A DNA stretch of 64,000 nt from Azolla caroliniana. Lineage: Eukaryota > Plantae > Polypodiophyta. Location of the stretch: the NCBI GenBank assembly GCA_043228905.1, contig JBHGNT010000006.1, positions 14,694,001 through 14,758,000 of the forward strand, in the 5' to 3' direction. The notes below the pieces were generated by a model. The model had not been told where the DNA came from and ran no database searches. It saw only the letters and a program-made list of their open reading frames with translations. Shown in pieces: positions 26,932 through 39,900 of the stretch (position 1 is its first letter; the number at the start of each line of letters is the position of its first letter). The translations under genes and the position numbers were made by a program.

Positions 26932-27289
26932 AGGTGTCTATCCGACACTTCTCCAAAGGGGTGGTAAGGATTGGATGCTAGGTTACACGCGTAAGATGAT
27001 TACAATTAAGCACAGACGGTAAACAATACGAAGATACAGATAAACACGCAATAATTACTATTGTATTACTTCCGTCAAACCCTTTACAAATCATCGGATC
27101 CTTTTATAGGCATCCGGCAAGGTTACAATCGGTGCGCTTAGGCAACCGACATCTGAATCGGTCTGGATCCGGATCGGTACAACTGTACCGGATCCGTCCC
27201 TCCGAATAATAATTCTACTATTATTTACTTCCTATTATCCGATCCGACTCCGCCTTCCCACTTGTCCTTGCTCTTCTGACCGGCCAACA
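26900..27289 (-). repeat. 5' LTR of gypsy copy A
   Basis: TG..CA ends; its 3' portion matches 41738-41855; next to the PBS. Confidence 0.85.
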
Positions 27290-28633
27290 GAAGTCCTTCT
27301 TGGGGCTGGTGAGCCATGTGCAAGTGTTGTGGTCGGCGAATGGAGAGGGGGGGTTTCTACTAAAACTTATGTAAGTGGGAAAAAAACCCGTTTGTAGGTG
27401 GCCGGAAGCACGTTGACACGGGTCCAAAGGCCAACCAATTGATGACGGGTAGGGGCTTTATTCAAATCAAAGGCAAGGCCCCACGCCGGGTGGTTGTGTT
27501 GTTTGAAGGGGCGGGATTCATACGGGCAAGAGTCAAGGAGTATGAGCAGTAGTTGCAGAAATCGGAGGCTGGCTTGAATGTCGGGGTTGGGGACGTTGAG
27601 GTATGTACGTAGGAATCGTCGCATGACCTGGATCATTCCCGCTTCGGTCGGGGATGTACGCGGGGGTCAGGGAAACACAGGCCAGTTGAACTGGAGGGTG
27701 GGTAGGCGTGCCTGGGCGGCTTGGAAGTCGCGACATGGCTAACAGTGAGGGAGGGGAAAAAAGGTGGGGTTGGTACGCATCTCGGGGGGGTGGAGGGCAA
27801 ACCATTCTTGGAAGGATGCGTGCTCGAACCAAGGGAGACACCACGTGGGTTGGATGCCAGGTGGTTCGAAGAGGGTTCGGCCATGGGATGGTGCCATCCT
27901 CGAGTTGAGGTGGGGTTGGCGGCCGCCCAAGTAGACATCTTATCGTGGAAAACATGGGGGTAAAAGAAGATGTCGACTTGGGGTTCGGAGGCGTCTTCGG
28001 GGTAATAGGTGTAGAGGCGGTTGAGGAGTAGGGGGGTCTCATAGAAATCAAACTCCCAAGGGATGGGGGTTGCAGATTGGTTATCGAAGTGGGTGTCCCA
28101 ACCTGTACTGCATTCGATGTAATCAAGGGTTGTTTGGAGGCCGTGGGTGAGTTGGTAACGGTCGACCAAATGAGCGTAGAAGGCCGCAACATTGAATTGC
28201 GCACTTGGGTCATGTAGTAGCGGAGGTGTAGTGAAGATGGGGGGCGCAGTTGTTGGTGGAGCATGAGGTGAGTGAGGGGGTGGTTGAAAGGGAGGGCTTT
28301 GTGGAGCATGGCATCTGTGAATGCCAGATTGGGGTTGGTGACAACCCGTGTGTGGAGGGGGAAAGGGTCGGGTGGTGGGGGTGAATGGGGGTGGGCCGAC
28401 GGGGGTGTGCGAAAGGGTTCGTTGCCGAACATGGGGTGTGTGTGGTCGGGGATGTGGTGTTCGCTGAGGTGAGGGTGGGGACGGGAGGGGCGGGGGGGGA
28501 GGGCAGAGGGGGGCTTGGAGGTGGGGGAGGGCTTGGACGCGGCGAGGAGGTGGGGTGAGGGCGGGGGGTGCGGGGGTAGGAGGGCGCGGGCATGAGCCTC
28601 ATCGAACGTCATGAGTTGATACTCACGAGAGAC
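27290..28633 (-). other. Unassigned G-rich (plus) / C-rich (minus) segment with a degenerate coding-like frame
   Basis: Lies between two gypsy LTR ends. Overlapping minus-strand ORFs (27367-27636, 27633-28169, 27533-28612) have no recognisable motif. Confidence 0.4.
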
Positions 28634-29233
28634 TGTTAATCCTCAGGGCCGGACAATGGCCTAACACAAGGTGTCTCCGGAAGACACTTCACCAAAGGGG
28701 TGTTACGGTGAGATAACTTAAGACACAATGATTAGTTCGACTTAATTGGCTACTTAGCAATAAGGCATTCACTTAATACACGTGTAAGATATAACAATTA
28801 AGACAGAACAGTAATCAATACATGAAGATAAAACCAAACGCTTATATTAATTCTCCGTTAATGTTTTACATTGTAACTAGGCCTTTATATAGGTCACCGG
28901 TGCTATGTACAAAACGGTGCCAACCGGCACCTATTCGGAATTGGTCCGGATCCGGATCGGCATATCGATTCCGGTCCGTCCGTTCACTACATAATTATAA
29001 TCTACTTTACTTAATTAAATATATTACGAATAACCATCCCTTTCACATTCTGGTCTTTGCTCCTTTGTCGGCCGGGTAACACATGGCACGCTCGTGGGAC
29101 AGTACCTTGTATGTCGAATCCCACTATCCGGGCCTTAGCCTTCGTCCAAGATATCCAGAATACTCTGCTCCAGGGTATCTAATGGTTGTTCGGAATTTGG
29201 TTGTTGTTGTGGCTGCTGTTGTGGATGTTGTTG

Positions 29234-31959
29234 CTACGATGGTTGCGGCTCCTCCGACTGTTGCGCTCGAGAGGGCATTTGTTCGGCTCCTGGTACCGGC
29301 GGTTCTCGCGGTGATTCCTCCATTAGCTGCTCCGCCGGATTTGACTCCGGCTGACTCGCCCTGGCCTTGTCGCCATTCAGTCCTTGCTTCGGTGATGGCT
29401 CCTCATCGCTGAGGTTGACAGTCGCCGCTTGCTTTGCTTCTTCTCTCCGTAGCCTGGTCCGCTCATAGCTCTCAAACTGGATTTGAGTATCTAGTCGATC
29501 ATCATCTAGCTGGGCTACAAGTTGCCGGACGACTGCTACCTGCTCCTCCGCCAGAGTTACAAAATCTTCGGCTAACTCATCTCTTACGGCGGTGAAGTCC
29601 TCCTTCGTTAGCATGTAGCATTCGTCGCCCTCCTTCTGTCGGTTTTCCACGTCCGCTCGTAGCAACTGGAGCTTGGCTGTGTGCTTTGCCCATTTGTCCC
29701 ACCATTGTGTGGAGCTTTCATCAATCAAGCGTTTTGTCTTGTTCCTCCATGCCTGGACAATGAAATTGATCCGCTCCAATCCCATCTTTGATTTGTCCTT
29801 CGGGGCTTGTCGTTCATCCTTCAACTACTTGATGAGTGCCACCGTATCCACCTCCTGCTCCCGGTAATGTGACAGTTGGGTTTGGTAAGTGGTTTGCAGC
29901 CTTTGCAAGATCATCGTCGCTCTTTCCTTCTCTTTATAATGCTGCTTATGTAGCTCCATCTGTTCTTGCATGGCTTCCTCTAGCAACGTGGTTCTTTCAG
30001 CCCGTTCCTCCGCTAGCGCCGTCTCAACTCGATGTACCTCCTGCCGGAGCTCTGCCATCTTCTCTTGCTGTTTCTTATGCTCCATATCCAGGTGCTTGTA
30101 GTCCCGGTGCAGGTGCTCAAAATCATCGGTCTTCTGCTTCAGCTTTTGGTTGAGTTGCCGGCGAGCGCGGTCTTCCCGGTCCTTTTTCTGATGGAGTTCT
30201 TCTTTCAACCTTTCGATCTCTGTTTCCGCCATCCGTCGTAGCTTCTCCTTTTCTTGCAGCACCTTCTCTTTCTCCTCCTTCAGCCGGTCGTAGGCCTGAT
30301 GTCCTTTCCGCAAATTCTCTTCTGCCCAGCGAAGGTTCTCAATAGTCTTTTCTACAAGTCCTGCTCTCGGGTGCGTAATGCTTCCTGTGCGGCCAGTTCA
30401 TCTCTTAATTCAGCAAGCTCTTTTGCTTGCGCCGCCACTATCTCCGGGACTAGTTCCGTCTCCGGGGTCTTATTGCTATGTACAGGTGCCGATACTTCTT
30501 TATTCTGTACATCTACCGGAGTGACTGATGCTTGGAGTTGTGGTCCAGTTAAGGCCATTTTGGCTAATTCTTCTGTGGCCAGGTCCAAGTCTTGTTCTAG
30601 GCTCCGGATCCTTGACCGGGCCGTCTCTAGTTCTCCGGTTGTGACGAGCAACCGGTCCATCTGCGCTTTCTCTTCCGCCTCTATGTAGTGTACCACTCCG
30701 GCAATCTATTCTCCAATCCACCGGAGCCATTGGTTGCTAGTGCCCTGTTGTTGCGTCTGCCCGGAGGGTTGGCTGTTGGTGTCGCTAGCCGGTGGTCAGT
30801 TTTGTCCAGTTGCGTCGAGCTGCAACTCTGGCTCTTGTTGGTGACCACTTTGCCGTTCTGTTTGCGGCTCCGTTGGCCGCTCCGCCTCTGAATGTTCTTG
30901 GCCTGCCGGTGGGGTCGGCAACTGTACTTCTGGCGCTTGCATTTCGGGTCTTGCCGTATCCTGACCCGCCGGTAGAGGTTGGTGGGCAGGGAGCTCTGTG
31001 GCCGGTTCTGTCCGAACCGGTTCCGGTTCCGGTTCCATCCTTGGTGCGGGTTGCTCAGGGCGGGGTACAGGCGTTCCATCCTTCTTTGGGTTCGAACGCT
31101 CCCCAGCATGTTCGGAGGTGCTTGCCTTCTGGCGCCACTAGAGGTTCTCTAACGGTTCCTCCTCCGCTTCCTCCTCCTGAGTCCCGATGTTGATTTTCGC
31201 TGCCAAGGGGTCCGACGCTTGTTGAACCGGTCGGCTAAGCCTGATCTTGATAGGCCGTACCGGTGGCTCCTCCTGCGTTTCCGCATGCCGCTTCCTATTG
31301 GCAGTCTCCTTTGCCGCCTGGTCCGTGTCAGCCGCTTTCCCTTTGGTTGCCTTAGAAGCCAACAGCTGTTGCCATTTCGAGGCCGTTTTCGAGGTGCCTT
31401 CGGTTGTCCTTCCCCGCGTCGTGGTCTTGACGGGCTCGATAGGTGGTGCCAATAGGGTGAGCCATTGCGCCATTGCTGTCCATATCTTCCAACCCTCTTT
31501 GCCTCTGACAGAGTCGATGGCCGCACAGAGGCCATCCGCAATCAATACCGCCCAGTCCACCTTCATGCCTTCATATGTGGCTATGATTAAGCCGGCCCGG
31601 TTCTGGGGCATGCATGGGGGTCAAGGGTATACATGTTCGAATTCATGGAGCACACGGGCAATCTCTCGAAAGAGAGGATCTTCGCCGCCTTGTGTCTGGT
31701 AGGCCTTGCTTGCCAGAGAGTATTCCCCAAAATATTTTCTGAGCTGTTCTGAGGTAGGGTTGTCGATATTGAAGATTCCCCCTTCCAGAAGGCCAATCAA
31801 CGCATGGATGGCCTCCTCAGTAATCAACTCCGTGTCGATTTCTTTGACTATCTTCTCCACCTCCCGATGCGGTGGCGCCTCCATGATGGTGAGGAAACCC
31901 TCTAAGCCGTGTTGCCTTAGCCACTTCTTGGCTGCTTCAGAGAGTGCTTGGCAGTCCAT
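29234..31959 (-). pseudogene. 3' accessory ORF of gypsy copy B, with an extended coiled coil
   Basis: Starts gccATGG MDCQALSEAAKKWLRQHGLEG, homologous to MVLSEEARQWMRENGLKG of A/C; long E/K/R/Q heptad-rich pieces at 29234-30696. Confidence 0.75.
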
Positions 31960-32329
31960 GGCTTCGTCGAGGTCGGTGAGCGCTGGTGAGGGTTGTGTGT
32001 GAGGAGTCTCTGTGTGCGTGGGTTCGCATCTGCTGATCTTCAATCGTCTGTCTGCGTTTGTGCTCCTCTGCTCTCGAAATGTGAGGGTTTCTATGTGGCG
32101 GGGGTCTTCTTGTTGCATGTTGGCGCCTGTTTCTTTTTTTCATTACCCGAGCATGTGCACGTCGTGTACTAAAATAGAATGACATGCCATGTGGCGGCGG
32201 TTTAATACCCTATTAATAGCCCACTACGTACCTTTTCAAAGTGCCTGTTCACTCCTTGTTTTTGCATGTGTCCATTCACCTCTCGCCCTTGCATGATTTA
32301 CTTTGATTTTATTTGATTTTATTTCTTTT

Positions 32330-32361
<32 letters not shown>

Positions 32362-32448
32362 TCTTTTTTTTTTTCTTTTTTTTTTCTTTTTTTTTTCTTT
32401 TTTTTGTGTAAATGGTTTTGCTAATTAGCAACTGGTCCCACTGGACCC

Positions 32449-35400
32449 CTATCCGGACGCTAGACCGCTTGCCGGTGCTTCCAACTTACCGGTGTCCGGT
32501 TCTGTGTCGCCCTTCACTTGTTCAAATGGGTTTCTTGGCATGGGTCCATTGTATGGTTTGAGTCGGAACCCATTGACCCATTTACCCAGAACCTCGCCGG
32601 CGAGTGTCCCTAATTGGTAGGAACCGTTGAACTCTCGCATAATCCAATATGGTCCGGTCCATCGAAACCGTAGCTTTCCCGGCATCTTACACATCCGGGT
32701 CTGGAACATGAGTACAAGCTTACCGATGCCGAACATCTTTTCGTTCCCTTTTCGGTGACGATCCACGAAGGCCTTCCTTCGCCGTTGCTCTAGTTCTAGG
32801 TGCATGATGTTGGCTAGCCAGTGTTCTTCCAATTCGCACAACGCCTTTTACCGGATAGCTTCCGATTCCTTCTCATTTAGGCGTTCCCGAATCTGTATTC
32901 GTAGACTCAGTACCTGGAACTCTACCGGCATCATTGCTTCCAATCCGAATGCTAGGCGGAACGGTGTTGTGCGGATACTTGTCTTATATGTCGTTCAGTA
33001 AACCCATAGTGCACTATGTAGCTTTGTATCCCAATCCGTCCGGTTCTCATTGACGATTTCCGCAGGATATTCTATAGTGTTTTATTTGTTGACTCTGCTA
33101 ATCCGTTGGCTTGCGGATAATAGGGAGTGCTCCATTTGTGCACCACCGCATAAAATGTCGTCAAACTTTCCACTACTTGCCCTAAGAAGTGCCCACCTTG
33201 GTCACTTATGAGCTCTATCGGACATCCATATTGGCAGCAGATGCATTCATATAAAATTTTTGTCGTGGATGCCGCGGTGTTGTCGCGTAGTGCTTTCGCT
33301 TCCACCCATTTCGTGCAGTAATCCGTAGCGACGATCACGTACCGGTTGCCGGTTCTCATTGCCGGTGGTTTGAACGGACCGACAAAATCTAGCCCCCATT
33401 TCTGAAATGGTTCTAACAGTAGCACGGGCTGGTGAGGCATTCTGGCTTGTTCGGTTGGTTGGCCCATTCGTTGACATAGGTCGCATTCTTTAGCGTACCG
33501 GACTGTAAACGATTACTTGCGGAAGTGTTAGGAAATAGAGAAGTTAGGGAGTACACAGAGTACACGGGAGAGATAGAGAGAGTAGAACTTCAAGGCTATA
33601 TTCAAAAACAATAAAAACACTCTGTACAAACAACTATGCTCAGTAGCATTATTTATACAAGTCCTCGTGGGACTGATAGAAGTACCACGTACTTCAATGC
33701 TCACACGAGCATCTGACACTTACTACGAGACTATAATTGCCTAGTAGTCTACGCTAATACTAGGCTTCTGGTTACTGATTGGATCCGGCTAACCGGCTCC
33801 CCAGCTCACCGGCTTTGTTGCTTGCCAGCTCGGTTGCTCACAGCTTACAGATCCATCTCTCTTGCCGGCTCAGGCTTATTCAGCTGATCCGGCTCCAGTT
33901 GAGCTTGCCGCTCAACACGGACTACATCCTTCAATGTTGTCGGCCACCATAGTCCGCTCTGCCATATTTTCCTTGCCGTAGCGTCTCCGGCATAATGTCC
34001 TCCAGCCACGCCGCAATGTGCTTCGTGCAATATTATTTCCTTTTCGTCGTTGCGCACTGCACGTCTCCATATGCCATCTGCGCCTTTGTGGTACAGGGTG
34101 TCCTGTAGTAGACATAAGTGCCGGCTTTGAACTGCTAAGCATTTCCTCTCGTCTCTATTCATCTCCTCCAAAGGTAGGCCGATGCTGAGAAATTGGTGCA
34201 TGTTGGTAAGCCATTTGTCTTCCTCTGTGACCGAACTATTTGTTGCCATTTCTGCTGTCACTCTAAACAGCTCTGCATCCGGAAAGTTGTCTGGAACTCT
34301 GTCACCGGTTTTGCCGGAATCTAACCGGCTTAAATAGTCTACTACCGCATGTTGTATTCCGGGTCGGTGGAATATCTCAAACTCGAATTCTTGCAATAGT
34401 AACGTCCACCGGGCCAGCTTTCCGGTGAGTGATGCTTTGGACGCCAAGTAGAGAAGCGCCGAATGATCTACGTGAAAGGAAAATTTCCTTCCCAACAGAT
34501 AGTGTCTAAACTTGGTGACACTGTAGATCATACCCAAGGCCTCCTTTTCCGTTGTGGAATAATTCCGTTCCGCTTGGGACAGCTTCCGGCTGGCATAATA
34601 GACTGGCCGGTACCATTTCGGTTCTGTCAGTTGCATCAGTGCGCTCCCGATTGCAATGTCGGACGCATCAACGAACACATGGAACTCTTTGGACCAATCC
34701 GGAGGTTGCACCACCTGCGCTTGTGACAACAGTACTTTTAGTGCCCGGTAAGCCTGGTCTTCTGTGTCCGTCCATCGAAACGGTGTCTGATGTACTACGA
34801 CTTGCAGTGTTGTAGCCAGGTCTGCCAGATACCAGAGCATTCTGCTATGCCACCGAATTTTTCCTAAGAACCGGCTTAGTGCCTTTGTCGTAGCTGGTGC
34901 CGGTGCCTCCAGGATTGCTTTTACTTTGTCCGAATCCACTGCAATACCGTCCTTGCTTACTATGTGACCCAGTAACGCTCCGCTGGTTACTCCGAACACG
35001 CATTTTACCGGGTTCAGGCTTAGTCGGTAAACCCTACATTTTTCTAGGCATAGTCGGAGGTGCTGAAGGGGATCCCCTTCTTGGCTATAAACAGTGAAGT
35101 CATCCAAAAACACCTGCATGAATGCCGGAATGAATTCCCCGAAAATTTCCATGATGATCCGTTGGAAGGTTGTCGGTGCTGTTTTTAGTCTGAACATCAT
35201 CACTACGGCAACAAAGACTCCCCATTCTGTGACAAAAGTAGTTTTCTCCTGGTCGGCGGGGTGCATCCGGATCTGATTATAGCCGCTGAAACCATCCAAA
35301 AAACTGTACACCTTATGACCGGCGATCGCATCTAGGACTCCATCCATGAATGGAAGTGGGAAGGCGTCCGTTACCGTAGCCGCATTCAATTTCCGGTAGT

Positions 35401-36250
35401 CGACGCACACTCTGATCTTACCGTTCTTTTTGGGTACTACCACTATCGGGCTGAGCCATGTGGCTTTCTTTACCAGTTGGATGAAGCCCACTCTCAACAA
35501 CTTGTCAATTTCTTCTTTGACTTTTGGTGCGTAATTCGGGTTCATCCGGTAATGTCGTTGCGCTACGTAACCGGTTTGACGTCTTTACTCAGATGTATCT
35601 GGTGTTGATATAACTGAGGATTGAGTCCCGGCATGTCCTTGTAGGACCAGGCGAACACATCACGAAATTCTTTTAGGAGTGTGATCATTACCGTTTTGAT
35701 CTCCGAAGTCATTTCCTTGGCGATGTGCACCGGTCTTGTGTCCTCTATGGTACCTAGGTTTACCTCTTCTAGTTGGGATGCTTTCACGTGCTGTGATACT
35801 ACCATTTCTTTTTCCAGTGCCTCCTGTGCATGCCGTAATTCCCGGATTGCCTCTTTATCCGGTTCCTCGTCGGTCCCATCTGGTTGCAGTACATACGGTG
35901 ATACTGCTTCGGCTACATCAATCTCGAACAGAGGTACAATCTTCAGATTTTCCTGTAAGTATTGATCGACATCTTCGTCCGCGAATCCTTCCAGCATGTT
36001 GACACATTCCGCATATAGCAGCGTTGATTCCTTGCCGGTACTGGATCGTGGTTGAGTCGCTACTCGTACTTTCACTTTTCCACGCCGGAACGTAATTATA
36101 TTCTTCCTCCAGTTTTGCTTTATGTGTGTTGTTTTTAACCAAGGACGAGCCCACAATAGTGGGTAAGCTCCCTGAGCATGTAGCTGGAGAACTAGTGCGG
36201 AAATGCGAAATGTGTGACCCCCAATGGTCACTTCCAGATCGCGTATTAAT
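32449..36250 (-). pseudogene. pol (PR end, RT, RH, INT) of gypsy copy B, split by a solo LTR
   Basis: ORFs 35563-36231, 33845-35545 (VFLDDF, FVDASD), 33072-33467 (WGLDFVGP, PQANGLAE) and 32449-32841 (WTGPY). Confidence 0.93.
33504..33917. mobile_element. Solo LTR (414 bp) inserted in the copy B integrase
   Basis: tgtaaac...ctcaaca flanked by a perfect 5-bp TSD cggac (33499-33503 and 33918-33922); removing it restores ..KDVVRYAKECD.. Confidence 0.93.
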
Positions 36251-36513
36251 TGTTAAACACAGTGCTCGGCCACAACCGAGGAATAGGATCAACTCACAGA
36301 AAACAGGAAATACAAAATGCACAAAGACAATAGAGAGAAGAGTACACAGGATGTTTTACGTGGAAAACCCTAAATGGGAAAAACCACGGGAGTCCTCAAA
36401 CTCCAACTATCACTATAAACAGAGATGTACAATGGTGAAGCTACAAGGCAACAACCTTGAGCTCACTGTCTTCGCCACAGGCGGCGGTAATACACAGAGG
36501 CAACGACCTCTTC

Positions 36514-36550
<37 letters not shown>

Positions 36551-36937
36551 CTGCTCACTTAGCTCCCTCTAAGTGGAAAACCAGAAAAATGAGTAACAGC
36601 CTGTAAACTGTTTGCCCTAAGTCATATTTATACACATATGACTTTCGGGCTATTTACAAATATAGCCTCAAGGGCCCTTGGCAAACATATTCACAAATAT
36701 GTCCCCGCATCCGGATCTCTCTCCGGGTACATTCGTCATCCGGCTCCGTAGCCGGGGTCTTCATCATCCGGCTCCGTAGCCGGGGTCTTCATCATCCGGA
36801 TCCGTAGCCGGGTACTCTTCATCCGGCTTCATGCCGGGTACTCTTCATCCTCCGGTTCCGTAACCGCAACCGGGCTTGCCGTCATTCATCTCCGGACATC
36901 CCATCCGGAGGGACCGAAATCCCAACAAACTCCCCCT

Positions 36938-39900
36938 TCACTTCGGCATGGGATGTCTCTCCAATCCGATCCTCTTCCGGCATGCTTCCAGCTTGTCGGG
37001 TGTGAGCACCTTGGTCAGCATATCCGACCCGTTCTCGTCCATGTGGATCTTCGTCAGCACGAACTCCTTGTCTTCTATCCTTTCCCGGATCCAGTGGTAT
37101 CTACGCTGGATGTGTTTCGTCCGGGAATGGTAGGCCGCGTTCTTCGCAAGGTGGATGGCACTCTGACTATCGCAGTAGAGCCGGTACTCCTCCTGCCGGA
37201 TACCGAGCTCTCTAATGAAGTCCTTCATCCATATTATTTCCTTGCCGGCTTCAACAGCCGCCATGTACTCCGCCTCCGTGGTTGACAACGCAACCGTCTT
37301 CTGCAACCTCGACTGCCACGAAACGGCTCCCCCTGCATATGTCATTACATACCCAGATGTAGACCGGCTGGTATCCGCATCAGCCGACATGTCCGAATCG
37401 GTAAATCCATCGAGTTCGGGCTTACCGGAGCCGAATCGGAGGCACATGTTCGAAGTGCCCTTTAAGTATCGGAGTATCCATTTGACCGCGTTCCATTGCT
37501 CCTTGCCGGGATTACTCATATACCGGCTCACCACTCCGACTGCGTATCCTATGTCCGGTCTTGTACACACCATTGCGTACATCAAGCTTCCGACGGCAGA
37601 GGCATATGGTACTTTCATCATGTCCTCCTTCTCAGCCTTTGTCTTGGGGCTTTGTTTGCTGGACAACTTGCAGTTTGCCGGGAGGGTCGACCCGACCGGT
37701 CTTGCTTCCGACATGTTGAACCGGTGAAGCACCTTTGTCACGTACTTCTCCTGTGACAGCCACAACTGCTTCTTCTTCCGGTCCCGGATGATGTGCATCC
37801 CTAGTATTTGCCTCGCCGGACCCAGGTCCTTCATTGAGAAAGTTCAGTGAAGCGCTTTCTTCAGCATCCGTATCTTGATCTGGTCCCGTCCAACGATCAA
37901 CATGTCGTCCACGTACAGGAGGAGTATTAGAAAGTCTCCTCCTTCGAACTTCTTCACAAACACGCAGTGATCAGACTGCGTTTTGTGGTACCCTTCGTCG
38001 GTCATGAAAGAGTCGAACTTCCGGTACCACTGTCGGGGAGCCTGCTTCAGTCCGTAAAGGCTCTTCTTCAACCGGCATACCAGGTGCTCCTTCCCTTTCT
38101 TCTCGAATCCTTCCGGTTGCTGCATGTAGATCTCTTCTTCGAGGTCACCGTGAAGGAATGCCGTCTTCACGTCCATCTGTTCTACCTCGAGGTCCATGCT
38201 TGCCACTATGCTCAGCACCATCCGGATGGAGGTCATCTTCACTACCGGGGCAAATATCTCGTCGAAGTCGACGCCCTTCTTCTGCTGGAACCCCTTCACC
38301 ACGATCCTGGCTTTGTATCTCGGGGGGTTTCCGGCATCTCCCGGTTTCAGCTTGAACACCCACTTGTTTCGAAGTGCCCGCTTTCCTTTCGGCAACTCCA
38401 CAAGTTCATATGTGTGGTTCTCATGCAGGGAATCCATCTCCTCCTGCATGGCACTTAACCACCTGCGGCTATGGGTGTCAAGCTTTGCTTCTTCAAAACT
38501 CTCTGGCTCCCCCTCGTCGGTTAGCAGCACGTGCTCTGGTTCCGGAAATCTCCGGGGGGCCCTTCTCTCTCTTAGAGGATATCTCCGTTCCGGAGCTTCG
38601 GTAACCGGCTCCTCCGTTTTCTCTTCATCCGAATCCATTTCGGGATCGGGGCCGGTTCCGGTATCAGTTTCATCTTCCTCGGCCGGTTCTGTTTCTTCCC
38701 CGTCTTCGGCCGGATCCTCGACTGCTAACCGGTCCCTTGCCGGTCGGGACTGCTCCTCGTAGAGTTGATCCTCACCGGTCGACTTGGAGCTCTTCATCTT
38801 CTTCTCCGACTCCCAGTCGGCGAGTGTTTTGTCCTCCATGAAGATGATATCACGACTCCGGAATATCTTTTTGTCGACCGGGTCCCATACTCGGTAGCCG
38901 AACTCGTCATCGCCGTAACCGAGGAATATGCATGGCCGGGTCTTTGGATCTAGCTTTCCTCTCCGGTCCTTTGCCACATGCACATATGCGAGACACCCGA
39001 ACACCTTCAGATGCCGGTAGGATACTTCCCTACCGGTCCACACTCTCTGCGGCGTGTCTCCGTCCAAAGGTACTGAGGGTGATCTGTTTATCACGTATGT
39101 CGCCGTCGACATTGCCTCAGCCCAAAACCCCTTGGGTAATTTCGCATGCGCCAGCATACTCCGGACCCTCTCCATTATGGTCCGGTTCATCCTCTCGGCC
39201 AGCCCGTTCAGTTCCGGCGTCTTCGGCACAGTAAACTCGAGCCGGATTCCCTTCGAGCGACAGTACTCCGCGAACTGCCCCCGGTATTCCCCTCCGTTAT
39301 CCGCTCGTATCGCTTTCAGCTTCTTACCGGATTCTCTTTCCACTCTCGCGTGGAGTTCTTTGAAGACGGACAATACTTGGTCCTTTGTCTTCAACGGTGC
39401 CGTCCACAGCTTCCGGCTATGGTCATCTATGAATGTTACGAAGTACTGGGCTCTGCCATGTGACTTCGTTTCTACCTGACACACATCAATGTGTACCAAC
39501 TCCAATGGTACACTACGTCTCATCGGTGGTCTTGAGCGGAAGGAGGTCCGGTTTTGCTTACCGGCCAGACAGTCGGTACACTTCCCCAAGTGTACGTGCT
39601 TTACCGGTATCAGGTTGTCTTCGGCAAGCCTCTTCATCCCCTTCTCGCTCATGTGGCACAGTCTCTTGTGCCACAGCTCACCGGCAGCGTCAGCTGCCAC
39701 GTTCAGCTCCTCCTGACATAGCCGGGAATTCATCAGGTACAGTGTGTTGACCTTCCGGGCCCGAGCCACTGTCAGGCTCCCTTTGCTGAACTTCATGACA
39801 CCGTTCCGGATGCTACCCGTGTAGCCTTCATCGTCTAGCCTCCCGGCCGAAATCAGGTTCAATCGAACCTCCGGAACGTGTCGGACATCCTTCAGCAGCA

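Larger units (their letters stand above)
18262..27289 (-). mobile_element. Athila-like non-chromovirus Ty3/gypsy, copy A; 5' LTR present, 3' end truncated
   Basis: 5' LTR at 26900-27289, PBS TGGCGACCAC (26884-26893), gag-PR-RT-RH-INT order, RT DAFPLPF..FLDGFSGYNQI, A-rich spacer, 3' accessory ORF; no 3' LTR. Confidence 0.92.
28634..36250 (-). mobile_element. Athila-like Ty3/gypsy, copy B (divergent subfamily); 3' LTR present, 5' part lost beyond copia-3
   Basis: 3' LTR at 28634-29081 is homologous to the LTRs of A and D. Accessory ORF at 29234-31959, poly(T) spacer at 32300-32406, pol at 32449-36250. Confidence 0.92.
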
